A stretch of 64,000 nucleotides of DNA from the human T2T-CHM13v2.0 reference genome, Homo sapiens: assembly GCF_009914755.1 (NCBI RefSeq), contig NC_060925.1, one strand, 5' to 3'. Shown here one piece after another: positions 1 to 13,993 of this stretch. Numbering within the stretch: the first letter of the stretch is position 1; every line of letters starts with the position of its first letter. The notes below the pieces were generated by a model. That model saw only the letters and a program-made list of their open reading frames with translations, searched no databases and was not told the origin of the DNA. The position numbers and the translations under genes were made by a program.

Positions 1-129
1 TCTTACATATGTTAACTCATTTGGTTTTCAAAGTAAGTATTGCAACAATCCTTTAAACTGATCACTCAAAGTTTTACAGTACAAGGGAGGAAATGGATGA
101 GCAGAGAGAATGAAATGGATAATCATAGT

Positions 130-700
130 GGTATGACCACTTTGGAAAACAAGTTGGCATTTTCTTATGAATTTGCATTCCCTATAATTTGCATTTTTTC
201 CCCTTCTAAGTATATCTTCTAGAAAAATTCCTGCACACATTCACAGGAGCTGTAAGAATATCTGTGGCAGTATTATTTGTAAGGGCCCCAAATTAGGATC
301 TACCTCAATACTTATCAACAATCGAATGGATAAATGAATTATGGTATACACATACAATGGAATACTATAGAACATTAAAATGAAAGGAAAAATGAAATAT
401 TATATTTGAATAAAAAAGTTACATAACTCTATATACAGTGTCTCATTTTCATAATGTTCAAATCCCAAATGAAACAATATTTGTATCATATGTTTGTTAA
501 AACTATTTTTATTTTGAACAAGGAAATGAAAACACCAAATTTATGAGAACAGTCACCTTGAGGGAAAGGATACATGAAGTATACAAGGGAAAGAGGCCAA
601 GGTATTGGTTATGTTCTAGTTCTTAAGTCGAATGATAGGTTCAGGGCAATTCGTTTTACCATGTTTTACCATGCTTTACAACTTTTTGTTTTCTTTTGAT
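130..700 (+). mobile_element. Old L1 (L1M-type) 3' end fragment
   Basis: L1 3' motif 'gaatggataaatgaattatggtatacacatacaatggaatactat'; boundaries approximate. Confidence 0.7.
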
Positions 701-734
701 TTTTACAAATGATTTTTTAAGAAAAAGAATTTAT

Positions 735-898
735 CCAGATTCAGTGCTATGCACTTGTAGTTCCAGCTACTTGGAGGCTGAAGTGAGAGGATTGCTTGAG
801 ACAGGAGCTCAAAGTGCAGTGTGCTATGATCACGCCTGTGAATAGCCACTGCATTTCAACCTGGGCAACATAGTAAGACCTCATCTCAAACAAAAGAG
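735..898 (+). mobile_element. FAM-like fossil Alu monomer
   Basis: Single monomer retaining the 7SL-like 'gcctgtgaatagccactgca'; flanked by direct repeat AAAAAGAATTTAT. Confidence 0.8.
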
Positions 899-1519
899 AA
901 AAAGAATTTATTCCTTACCCTAACTTGATATTTCAGGGTTCTCTTCCATCTTATGCCAAATTACATTTCCTGTTTGTAACACCACTTTCCTGATCATATA
1001 TGCCTTATGGTCCAACACAACTTCCCAAACACAAGTGTTTTCCATTTACAGTTGTCTACTCCCCCTCTTACCCCTCCCTTTTCTCTCATCTTCTTTTGCT
1101 CCCAGTCTTCACCTGTCAAAACGTTACCTGTCTTTCCTGTTTCAGCTTGGCACAAAGATTTTTGATCGCCTAAATAACAGTAATGCGTACCTATTCTGAG
1201 CTTCCAGGTTATCTTGCACATTTTTATAGCAGGTCCTTCTTTGTTAACTAATTTATCAAATTATGTTTTGGTATCAGGCACGTGATACAGATATGAAAGC
1301 CACAGTCCCTACCTCAAAGAGTTCCCAGTCTAGCAGATGAGAAAGTCAAGAAAACAGACCATTACAATTCTGAGAAAAATATCTTGATAAAAAAGGGAGT
1401 ACCTAACTTAAATAGATAAAGTTAGACAGGGCTTCTTAGAAAAAGTGAAATCTGAATTCAATTTTAAATAACGAGGGATAAAATAGCCAGGCAAAAAACA
1501 TGGCAAAGTGTGTTACAGG

Positions 1520-1820
1520 TAGAACTATTCTTTTCTTCTTAAATTATCACCTTCTTGAAGAGGCTTTCCACTGCTATCCATACTTTAAAACCCCTACCAT
1601 CACAAACCCTATATCCACTCTCTTTCAAAAAATCCTGTTTCAAAGCAACCAAATTCCAATGTGTAATTATAGACTTATTTTTTCATTTGTTTATTGATTT
1701 AGTCACTCTAAGCCCACAGGAGTAGGAATTATATCTCTTTTGTTCACTGCTCTATACCCAACACCTAGCACAGTGCCTTGCACAAAGGACATGTTCAATA
1801 AATATTTGTTGAATGAATTG
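1520..1820 (+). mobile_element. L2 3' end
   Basis: Ends with 'caataaatatttgttgaatgaat', the L2 3' terminus. Confidence 0.7.
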
Positions 1821-3149
1821 ATGAAGTTGGAACAAATGTGAAGGTTTGGAAATGCTGGACAGCATATCCGGTCTAAGGAACTCCAAGTAGTACAGTATGG
1901 ATGGAACACAGGAATAGTGGGTAAGCAGGAAGAACAGGCGAGGCTAAGAGGTTGCCAGGGGCTGGATTATGAATAAATTTTATGTCTTCCTAAGCAGTTT
2001 TGACTTCATTCTGAAAGTGATGGTTAACCACCAAACAGTTTTCAGCTGTTGGGTGGCAGGTGGTCACATTTGCACTTAAGAAAGTTTGGAGAATAAACTG
2101 AAATGGAGGTAAGATGGCCATTCAGGGAGTTGTAGTAATCTGGTTGAGAAACAATAAGACTGAATTGTGGCTGTGCATTGGGGATGGGAAAAGTGGGAAC
2201 AGTTTGAGTTATTGGAAGAGAGTGATGGGAAGGGAAAGGCACAAGAGGAGAAGGAATAACAGATAACCTAGGGTTTCAGCCTGAGCAACTGTGTGTTTAT
2301 TGAAACAGTCACCAACATAGAGATCAAAAGGACCAGATTTGGGGCTCCATCTTCAGTGGACCCAACACTGGAGCACCCAGATATATAAAGCAAATATTAT
2401 TAGGTCAAAAGGGAGAGATACACCTCAATACAATAATAGTTGGGAGACTTCAACATCCAACTCTAAGCAGATTATCTAGAAAGAAAAACAGCAAACATCC
2501 TATTTAAACTGCACCATAGACCAAATGGACTTAACAGACATCTACAGAACTTAATAGACATCTACAGAACATGTTACTCATGTTCTGTATAGTACACATT
2601 CTTTTCATTATTAATGGAACATTCTCCAGAACTGTTCATAAGTTAGGACACAAAACAAGTATCAACAAGTTTTTAAAAATCAAAATCATATCAAGTATCT
2701 CATCTGAGCACAGTGGATTAAAACTAAACATCAATAACAAGAGGAACATTTGAAACTAAACAAATATATGGAAATTAAACAACATGCTCCTGAACAACCA
2801 ATGGGTGAAGGAAGAAATTAAGGATAATACTTAAAAATTCTTTGAAACAAATGAAAATAGAAACACAACATATCAAACTTATAGGACACAGCAAAAACAA
2901 TATTAAGAGGCAAGTTTATAGCAATAAATGCCTACATCAAAAACTAGAAAGATTTCAAAAAACAATCTAATGATTTGTCTCAAAGAATTAGAAAAGGAAG
3001 AACAAACCAAATCCAAAGTTAGTAGAAGAAAAGAAATAATAAAGATCAAAGCTGACATAAACAAAATTTAGATAAAAAATACAAAAGATCAATGAAACAA
3101 AAAGCTGGTGTTTTGAAAAGAAACAAAATTGACAAACCATTACCTAGAC

Positions 3150-3310
3150 TAGAGAGAGAGATGGGGTGAGAAGGAGAGGGGAGGGGAGGGAGGAGGGGAG
3201 GGGAGAGGGAAGGGGAGAAGGAAAGGTAAACGGGAGGAGAGGGGGAAAGGTAAAGGGAAGTGGAGGGGAGGGGAAGGAGGAGAGGGAGGGGAGGGGGAGA
3301 GGGAGGGGAT
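3150..3310 (+). repeat. Purine-rich (GGA/GGGA) low-complexity tract
   Basis: ~160 nt almost only G/A with many GGG runs. Confidence 0.9.
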
Positions 3311-3858
3311 GGCAAGTTCAGGTAAATAAAGTCAAAGTGAAAAAAGAGACATTACTTAGAGACCACTGTGAGCAACTATCTGCTAACAAATGGGAAAACC
3401 TGGAGGAAATAGCTAAATTCATGGAAATATACAACCTACTGAGATTGAACCAAGAAAAAATTAAAAAACTTGAAAAGACCAATAAAAGTGATGAGATTGA
3501 ATCAGTAATAAAGAGTCTCCCAAAAAAGAAAAGTCTAGGACTAGATGGCTTCCCTGCTGAATTCTACTGAACCTTTAAAAAAGAATTAATACCAAATCTT
3601 CTCAAACTATTCCAAAACATTGAAGCAGAATGAATTCTTCCTAACTCATTCTATGAGGCCAGCATAACCCTGATACCAAAAGCAGACAAGGATACGAAAA
3701 AGAAAATTACAGGTCGATATCCCTGATGAACATAGACACAAAAATCTTCAACAAAATATTAGCAAACTCAATACAACAGCACATCAAAAAGATAATACAC
3801 CATGATGTAGTGTGATATATCCCAGAAATGCAAGAACATATTAGTGGGATATATCCCT

Positions 3859-3942
3859 GAGCCCAGGAAGTCAAGGCTGCAGTGAATCATGATCATGCCA
3901 CCACTGCACTCCAGCCTGAGTGACAGAGTGAGACCCTGTTAC

Positions 3943-3970
<28 letters not shown>
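3859..3970 (+). mobile_element. Alu right-arm 3' fragment with (CAAAA)n tail
   Basis: 'tgagcccaggaagtcaaggctgcagtga...cactgcactccagcctgagtgacagagtgagaccctg'. Confidence 0.85.
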
Positions 3971-3973
<3 letters not shown>

Positions 3974-4209
3974 AACTCACTCCCAGGACATCCTTCCTGC
4001 ACACAACCAGGCTGCTGTTCCTCTGTAGCCTCACACACTGACCCCTGGGCTCACTTGGTGAGCACATCCCCAGAAAGAGGGTAGGTGGCAGGAAAGATCG
4101 CTGGCTTGGGGGCAGGCCACCTGGATCTCAGACCTACCTCTGTACTCAATAGCGTGGACAAGTTAGTTACCCTTAGCCTTGATGTTATCATCTGAGACAA
4201 TTTAAAATA

Positions 4210-4347
4210 TTTTTTTAAATTATAAAAATAGAGATGGGGTCCCACTATGTTGCCCAGGCTGGTCTCAAACTCTTGAGCTCAAGCAATCCTCCCACTTCTG
4301 CCTCCCAAAGAGCTAGGTTTAGAGGCATGAGCCACTGCACCTGGCCA
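4210..4347 (-). mobile_element. FLAM/Alu left monomer
   Basis: 'agagatggggtcccactatgttgcccaggctggtctcaaactc...gagccactgcacctggcc'. Confidence 0.85.
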
Positions 4348-6074
4348 ACTGGGAACCATTCTAATCTATCATGGAGGGTTACTGTGATAGAAAGGGAAGT
4401 ATCAGGCTGGGGAGATTTCAGCTCAGCTCATGAATCACTGGCTTCATCATGTGAAGCCGGAAATTCTCTAGCCATCATCCCCTCCATGGTCATATTGATG
4501 CCCATCAATCAGACCACCAGGAACATGCCTGCAGTCAACAAAGTTGGGTCATTCAACATAGGCAAATCAATAAATGTGAAACATCACTGCAACAGAATGA
4601 AGAACAAAACCATATGATAATTTCAATAGATGCAGAAAAAGCATTTGTCAAAATTCAACATCCTTTCATAATAAAAGCTCTCAATAAATTAGGCATAGAA
4701 GAAAAGTACCTCAACATAATAAAGGCCATATATAACAAACCCACAGCTAACATCTTACCTAACAGGGAAAAGCTTCCAGCTTTTCTGGAATAAGACATGG
4801 ATGCCCACTCTCTCCATTCTTATTCAACAAAGTACTAGAAGTTCCAGCAGGATCAATGAGGCAAGAGAAAGAAATAAAGGACATCAAAATGAGAAAGGAG
4901 GAAGTAAAATTGCCCCTGTTTGCAGACGACATGATCTTATATCTAGAAAAATCTAACAACTTTACCAAGAGACTCTTAGAACTGATAAATTCAGTAAAGT
5001 TTTAGGATACAAAATCAACATATAAAAATTAGTAGCGTTTCTATACATGAACAATGAACTAGCTGAAAATGAGATCAAGAAGGCAATCTGGTTTATAATA
5101 GCTGCAAAAAACAAAAATACATAGGAATAAATTTAGCCAAGGAGGTGAAAGACTTCTACAAAGAAAATGACACAACACTGATGAAATAAATTGTAGATGA
5201 TGTAAACAAATGGAAGGACATCTCATGCTCATAGATTGGAAGAATTAATATTGTTAAAATGACCATATTACCCAAGGCAATCTACAGATTCAATGCAATC
5301 CCCATCAAAATACCAATGCCTTTCTTCACAGAAATAGAAAACACAATCTTAGAATTTGTATGGAATCACAAAAGACCCCAAGTAGCTGAAGCAATTCTGA
5401 GCAAAAGAACAAATCTGTATAAAGCACAGTACCAGACTTCAAAACATTCTACAAAGCTCTAGTAATCAAAACAGCACAGTGTTGGCATAAAACAGACACA
5501 CAAACCAATGGAACAGAATAGATAACCCAGAAATTAATCCATGTATCTACAGCCAACTGCTTTTGACAAAAACTCCAAGAACACTCAATGGGGGAAGTAC
5601 AGTCTTTTCAGTAAATGGTGCTAGGAAAACTGGATATCCATATACAGAAGAATAAAACTAGACCCCCCCACCCACCACTTACACTATACAAAAATCAAAC
5701 AAAAATAGATCAAAGACTTAAAATGTAAGGCCCAAACCTCTAAAACTATTAGAAGAAAACAGGGGAAACACTTCAGGACATTGGTCTAGGAAAAGGTTTT
5801 ATGACTAAGACCTCAGTAGCACAAGTAACAAAGCAAAAATCAACAAATGGGATTTCAGCAATCTAAAAAGCTTCTGCACAGTAAAAGAAACAATCAACAG
5901 AGTGAAAAGACAACTTACAGAATGGAGAAAAATATTCACAAACTATTAATCTGACAGGTGATTAATATCCAGAATATACAAGGAACTCAAACAGCAAAAC
6001 AGAAAAAAAAATTCAATTAAAAAATGGGCAAATGAACAGACATTTCTCAAAAGATGACATTAAAATGACCAATA

Positions 6075-7696
<1,622 letters not shown>

Positions 7697-8405
7697 TAAA
7701 ATGACCAATAAACATATTTTAAAATGTTCAACATCACTAATCACCAGGGAAATGCAAATCAAAACCACAATGAGGTATCATTTCATCCCTGTTAGGATGG
7801 CATTCATCAAAAGGACAAAAAAAAAATCACATGCTAGCAAGGATGTGGAGAATAGGAAATTCTCTTCATTCTTAGTGGGAATATAAATAGTACAGCACCT
7901 ATGAATAACAGTATGGAGGTTCCTAAAAAACTACAAATAGAACTATCATATGATTCAGCAGTTCCATTGCTGGGTATTAATCCAAAGGAAATGAAATCAG
8001 TATATCAAAGAGACATCTATGCTCCCATGTTTATTGCAGCACTATATGCAATAGCCAACATATGGAATCAACTTAGGTATCCAACATCAAATGAATGGTA
8101 AAGAAAATGTGATAAACATACACATGGCAGAGCACTATTCAGCCATAAAAAAGAATGAAATCATGTCATTCACAGCAACATGGATAGAAGTGGAGGACAT
8201 TATGTTAAGTGAAATAAGCCAGGAATAGAAAGTTAAGCACGACATGTTCTCACTCATATATGAAAGCTAAGAAAGGTTGCTGTCATAGAAATAAAGAGTA
8301 GAACAGAGGATGCTAAAGGCTGGGAAAGTAGGGAATAGAGAGAGATTAGTTCAGGATACAATATACAGTGAGATATGAGGAATATGTTCTAGTGTTCTAT
8401 ACCAC

Positions 8406-8757
8406 TGATATGGTCAGGCTTTGTGTCTCCACTAAACCTCACCTTGAATTGTAATCCCCATGTGTCGAGGGAGGGAGGTGACTGGAGGTGTAGGCAGTTT
8501 CCTACATAGTGTTCTCATTATAGTGAATGAGTTCTCATGAGTTCTGATGGCTTTATAAGGGGTTCTTTCCCCTTCACTTTCTCTTCTCTCTCTTGCCTGC
8601 CACCATGTAATATGTGCCTCTTCCCCTTCTGCCATGATTGTAAGTTTCCTGAGGCCTCACCAGCCACGCGGAACTGCGAGTCAATTAAGCTTCTTTCCTT
8701 TATTAATTACCTAGTCTCAGGTATTTCTTTATAGCAGTGTAAAAATGGGCTAATACA
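8406..8757 (+). mobile_element. THE1/MST-family (ERVL-MaLR) solo LTR
   Basis: TGATATGG...CTAATACA termini; near-perfect 5-bp TSD accac/actac. Confidence 0.88.
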
Positions 8758-9291
8758 ACTACCATAGGATGACTATAGTTAACAATAATATATCATATAG
8801 TTTTAAATAGCTAGAAGGGAGATATTGAATATTCCCAACACAAAGAAATGATAAATGTTTGATGATGAATATGCTAATTACCTTTATCTTATCACTATAT
8901 ATTTTGTGTATCAAAACATCACTATCTACCTGGAAAATATGTACAATTATTATATGTCAACTTAAAAATAACATCAAATAACAAAGAAATAATAACATAG
9001 AAACCTAGGGAAAAACTAGTATTTTTTTTCCTTTGGAGGATGGCATAGTTCATATTTTAAGATATAGAGAAGACAAATAAAGGCTTAAAAGTATCTGTTG
9101 GATTTAACAAAGGAGTTATTAGTGACCTTACCAAAAATAAGTTCAATTGTATAATAGGAAACCTAATTGCAGTGAGCAAGGAAAGATGAATCAAACATGA
9201 AGAGAGGAGACTTTTATTTTTAACCAATTGATTAAGAGGGAAAGTATAAATAATAAGTGACTGGAGAGGGAGCATCAAACTTAAGGATGGC

Positions 9292-9583
9292 TTTTTTTTT
9301 TTTTTTTTTTGGAACAGAGCCTGTCTCCATTGCCCAGGCTGGAGTCTAGTGGTGTGATCCCGGCTCACTACAACCTCTGCCTCAAAGGCTCAAGCCATCC
9401 TCCCACTTCAGCCTCCTGAATAGCTGGGACTACAGGCATGTGCCACCATGCCTGGCTAGTTTAGTAGAGATGGGATTTTGCCATGTTTCTCAGGCTTGTC
9501 TTGAACTCCTAGACTCAGGCAATCCACCTACCTCTGCCTCTCAAAGTGCTGGGATTACAGGCATGAGCCACTGCATGCAGCCA
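9292..9583 (-). mobile_element. AluJ-type element
   Basis: poly-T followed by reverse-complement Alu dimer. Confidence 0.9.
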
Positions 9584-9953
9584 TCTTTTTTGATAAATTA
9601 TAGTTATTTAGTCCTTGAATACAGACGTTCTGTCACATAGTGCTTGCTATCCTTCATGTTGTCATGTACATTGGAGATAATTTAAAAAATGTGTTGAAAT
9701 GAGTTTCAAGTCTGAATTCAAAAATAAAAAACAGAAACAAACTCAAAACCTCCAATGCCTTTTGTGGTCACCTACCACTTTTGGATCATATATGTTATTC
9801 AGTGTTTTCCCCTCTTAGTGAGAAGACTATCTTAAGTTGACTTTTCATTCAATCTCCAAGGATCTGAAAAGATGGTTCTGTGATCATAATTAAGAAAGCA
9901 TCAGGAAATGGGTCAAATATCAGCAGGGATGACCAATAAGGTAAATTACTTAC

Positions 9954-10014
9954 TTTGACTCTTTTTCACTCAGGTCTACATCATCATAAATAATAACTTC
10001 CTGAGACTTAAGTT
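9954..10014 (-). CDS. FYB2: FYB2 coding exon (~15), 61 nt, ELKSQEVIIYDDVDLSEKESK (YDDV motif)
   Basis: gaccctag|AA ... TCAAA|gtaagt; phase 1-2. Confidence 0.94.
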
Positions 10015-11491
10015 CTAGGGTCAAGACAGAATCAAAATAGTCCATTATTAAGCATGGTTTATATAAGCACTGACTTTCCAAATTATACTCAATTACCTAA
10101 TTATCCAGGTGCATCTTCAGGTCTGTTTTAGCAAAATCTGATCATAAAATACAGATAGGCTAGAAGAATCAAAGAATAAAAATATTCTCTATTTGGGAAG
10201 AAATTCAACTGAAAGATTAAAAAAAAGTGTGATGTCCCAGTATCTCAAAACATATATATTTATATTAATTTGCTTTTACATAGAGTTCCAGAAAAATATG
10301 AGTTGCTCAAAGAGTCATTTTTAGACTAAGTTCCCATCTTTCTGGAATTGAACAAATATGCTATACTGCTAGAATAGTGAGAGGTCTTTTCTTAACTCCT
10401 AGGGGGGAGAAACAGCTTAATAGAACAGTAATGTTGATTTTTCTTCCATGGTTTTTATTTCAAATCATTGGCAATTGCTCCTATACAATAATCTTGCATA
10501 ATGTTGAATCTGACTCAGTGCATAATAATAATTAGGCATTTTCATTTTAGGATATTCACATTCCTTGGCACTCTACATAGAATTACATGATTTTCATTTG
10601 ATTCACCACTGAACAAGTTTGAGACCTTCTAGTATAATTATTCATAATTATTCACTCCCTTATTTTATTAAATACCTTCAAATGTGGGTGGGGATACAAT
10701 GCATGCCTATTCTAGGTCAGCTTTTTTCTTTTAAACACAGACCAAGGATATGTTGAGATGTGGGATTTTATCAGGTATATATAATTGTCATTTGTCTTTT
10801 AGTTCAGCAAACTCATATTTATGAAATATAATATACTTTTGAATTGTCAAGTTCGAGTGACATCCAGGTAGCCACATAGCTAGAACCCCTAAACAAAAAC
10901 TAACAAACAACAGAACACATGACCCTCTTTTATTGACAAATTCAATGTACTGAACGTGTATTGACAGCCTACTATGTGTCAAGCACCGTGCTAATTTATG
11001 CACTATTATTTTAATGGAAAAGCAAACAACATTCCAATGATCCATTCTCAATTCAGTTAGTTTGCTGGTGGCAATGTGATCATATTCAGTTAGTGTCTTA
11101 ATTAGGATGAAGGATATCAAGTCCTTCAAAAGGCAGTATGGTAGAATGCAAAATGCATGAGTTTCATAGTCAGAGAGCCTGGAATACAAATCCTGGATCA
11201 CTTAAATATGGTCCTACAGCTTCTCTAAAAAGGGATGATAACATTTATTTTTCTGGGATTTTAAGAGGAACACATCTGCCCCAGGGCATGGTATGTAGTA
11301 GGTACTTGAGAAACACTACTCATCTTCTCCAAAGTAAAAAAATACTTCCGTGTGAAACATCTTCTTTGATTTTGGTAGAGCAATTTTTCATCAAATGTGG
11401 GAATGCAGGAAGGGTTACCATTTCTCTTTCCCTGCCTCTGAATATACAAAAGCTGAGTACTTTTGGTCTGCAATAAGCAAATGGCACTTAC

Positions 11492-11520
11492 CTAAATCAG
11501 GCAGCAAAATGGAAAATGCA
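11492..11520 (-). CDS. FYB2: FYB2 coding exon (~14), 29 nt, SAFSILLPDL
   Basis: caacag|T ... TTAG|gtaagt; phase 2-1. Confidence 0.9.
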
Positions 11521-12465
11521 CTGTTGATTGACAAAAGACACAAAAGAGTTAAGGAAAAAAACCATGTTTGGAAAGATGAGCTGACAGATCTCCAATAACA
11601 TATTGATGATGCTGGATTGCCCTTCTTGCCCTGGTATTCTCTGACTCCAAGTAAAAATAGTTTCTCTGGTATTAACAGATGTCACAAGATGTGCACAAGA
11701 TGTTATGGGAACACAAAGGAAATGGGTAATCCAGGTTTGGGAAGAGAAGTTCAGGGGAGACATTCAATAAGGGACAATATTTGATCGAATTTTAAGGGAA
11801 AACTAGAACTTTGAGAACAAAAGAAGGCTGGAGGAGGGCAGGTACATTCCAGACCATGAGAATGTCATGTTCAAAGCATGGAGGCATGAGACACCATGGC
11901 AGAGTCTGAGATCTATAGCTATGTGGATGGGATGGTAGTGAGAGTAATTTTAGTGAGAGACAGAACTAGAGAAGTAGAATGGGGACAGCCATGAAGTATT
12001 TACTTGCCAGGGTAAGGAACTGGATATTTATTCTAAACGTAGTATGTAGCCAATGAATAGTTTTGAGAGAAAGGTAATCAGATTTGCATATTTAAAACAT
12101 TAGCATTCTCATCTTGATCAAATATTATGGGACTGCCGGTTATCATGCCAATAATTTTCTCTCAGAAAACATCTAATCTGCTAAGGCCAGGGTCTGCCTT
12201 TGTGCATAGGGTCTCGCTGACCACACTCCCTCTTCTTCCATATCAGGACTACAATTTATAAACCTCATGTTTTGTAGGGTCTCTTGGTAGATCTAGATCC
12301 AATTGACAGTTGAACTTAAAGCCACAAAACTCTGAGGCTTTATAATCAAAAAGAACTTCAGGGTAGAACAACATAATTCCATCTCACTATAGGTAATTAC
12401 CTTGGGCAAATTATTTTAGCATCTTCTGCCCTCACAAAATACATCTCTATGTCTGTATATCTACA

Positions 12466-12822
12466 CAGATGTTCCCAGCCTTACAATGGTTTGACTCCCA
12501 ATTTTTCTGCTTTACAGTGGTGTGAAAGCAATACGCATTCAGTAGAAACCTACTTCAAGTATCCTTAAGACCATTCTTTTTCCACTTTCAGTACAGTATT
12601 CAATAAATTACATGAGATAGTCAACACTTTTTATAGACAGGCTTTGTGTTAGATGCTTTTGCCCAACTGTAGGCTGATGTAAATATTCCAAGCATGTTTA
12701 AGATGAGCTAGGCTAAGCGATGATGTTTGGTAGATGTATTAAATGGACTTTTAACTTAACATATTTTAGAGTTGCAATGAGTTTATTGAGACACAACCCC
12801 ATCATAAATTGAGGTGCACCTG
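12466..12822 (-). mobile_element. MER47A-like (TcMar-Tigger) DNA transposon
   Basis: Termini cagatgttcc.../...gaggtgcacctg; interior 'gcccaactgtaggctgatgtaa' resembles recalled consensus. Confidence 0.75.
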
Positions 12823-13563
12823 AATATCTACATCTATATCTATCTATTGCCTGCAAAGCGTCTCCAGGGTCCCCCTTCCATTATATGCAGGAGAAAAGTG
12901 GAATGCTGTGGGTGTATAAAGGAAGTGATATGCCCACAGTTGTACATGGAATAAATGGCAGAACTGGTACTAGAATATAGAATCCAGGTCCCCTCACATC
13001 TCTTTCTAGTGCTAGTGAATTTGGAACCTCTCTCAAAACTGGCAGTTAGCCTAGGTTATCTCAGAGGATCTTTTCCAGGTCTAAGACCTTGCAATACACG
13101 AACTGTTCAGCTGAGCAGCTCATCTCCCCCTTCCACATATTGCTGCTCTCAAGGGAGATAAATTAAATATGGAACAGTAGACAAATAAAAACTACTGGGG
13201 CTTGTAGGGCCCCAAAAGCATAAAAGGACATGGTAAGTAATGCTTAGTGGTAACAACAGGAATAGGATGTTAAGGCTGATGAGGAAAGTTTCCTTTCTGG
13301 ACTTCGCTTAAGATTTTCCCTCTACCCTTATTTTCAACCCTTTCTCTGCCATTTTTTCAAAGGAGCATGCCACTTTCTCATTAATTAGTCTCTGTGCATG
13401 TAGTTCAATCAAAAATTCACAAGAAAGGGGCAGATGATGGCCAGACCCTTGGTTTTAGTTTCTGATATCCCCTTCACTGTTTCTGAGATTGGATGGAGAA
13501 CATCAACTTGTGTATCTACCAGGTTAATCCCCTCGTGGAAAGGGATTTAAAGGGACTTTTTAC

Positions 13564-13662
13564 CTTAAGTTTTCTTTCGACTTGGTTTTCTTTATTTTAA
13601 ATCTATCCTTTTCTTTCTTGAAGAATTGCTGCAGTCTTTTGAGTGCTTCTTTTCCATCTAAA
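13564..13662 (-). CDS. FYB2: FYB2 coding exon (~13), 99 nt, LDGKEALKRLQQFFKKEKDRFKIKKTKSKENL (basic, helical)
   Basis: cctctcag|T ... TTAAG|gtaaaa; phase 2-2. Confidence 0.93.
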
Positions 13663-13734
13663 CTGAGAGGAATCACAGGATATAAGTAACATGGCATTTA
13701 AGAGAGTACTAGAGATAGAAGGCTGTTGTATTAT

Positions 13735-13993
13735 AAAATCAAATGCCACATGTTCTCACTTGTAAGTGGGAGCTAAACAATAGGTATACATGGTCATAAA
13801 GATGGAAATAACCGACACTGGGGACTCCAAAAAGCGGGAGGGTGGGAGGAAGAATGAAGGTTGGAAAGTTCCCTATTGGGTAAATGTTCACTGTTTGGGT
13901 AATGGGTAGACTAGAAGCCCATACCTCATCATTAGGCAATATATTTATGTATCAAACCTGCACAGGTACCTCTGAGTCCATAAAAAAAATAAA
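13735..13993 (+). mobile_element. L1PB-like 3' end fragment
   Basis: 'catgttctcacttgtaagtgggagctaaac' ... A-rich tail. Confidence 0.8.

Noticed and set aside
735-887. 7SL RNA gene or pseudogene
   Set aside because: Lacks most of the S domain and has an A-rich tail with TSD, so it is better explained as a FAM monomer.
3046-3570. Pro-rich and Gly/Arg-rich ORFs
   Set aside because: Translations of the GA low-complexity tract plus L1 ORF2.
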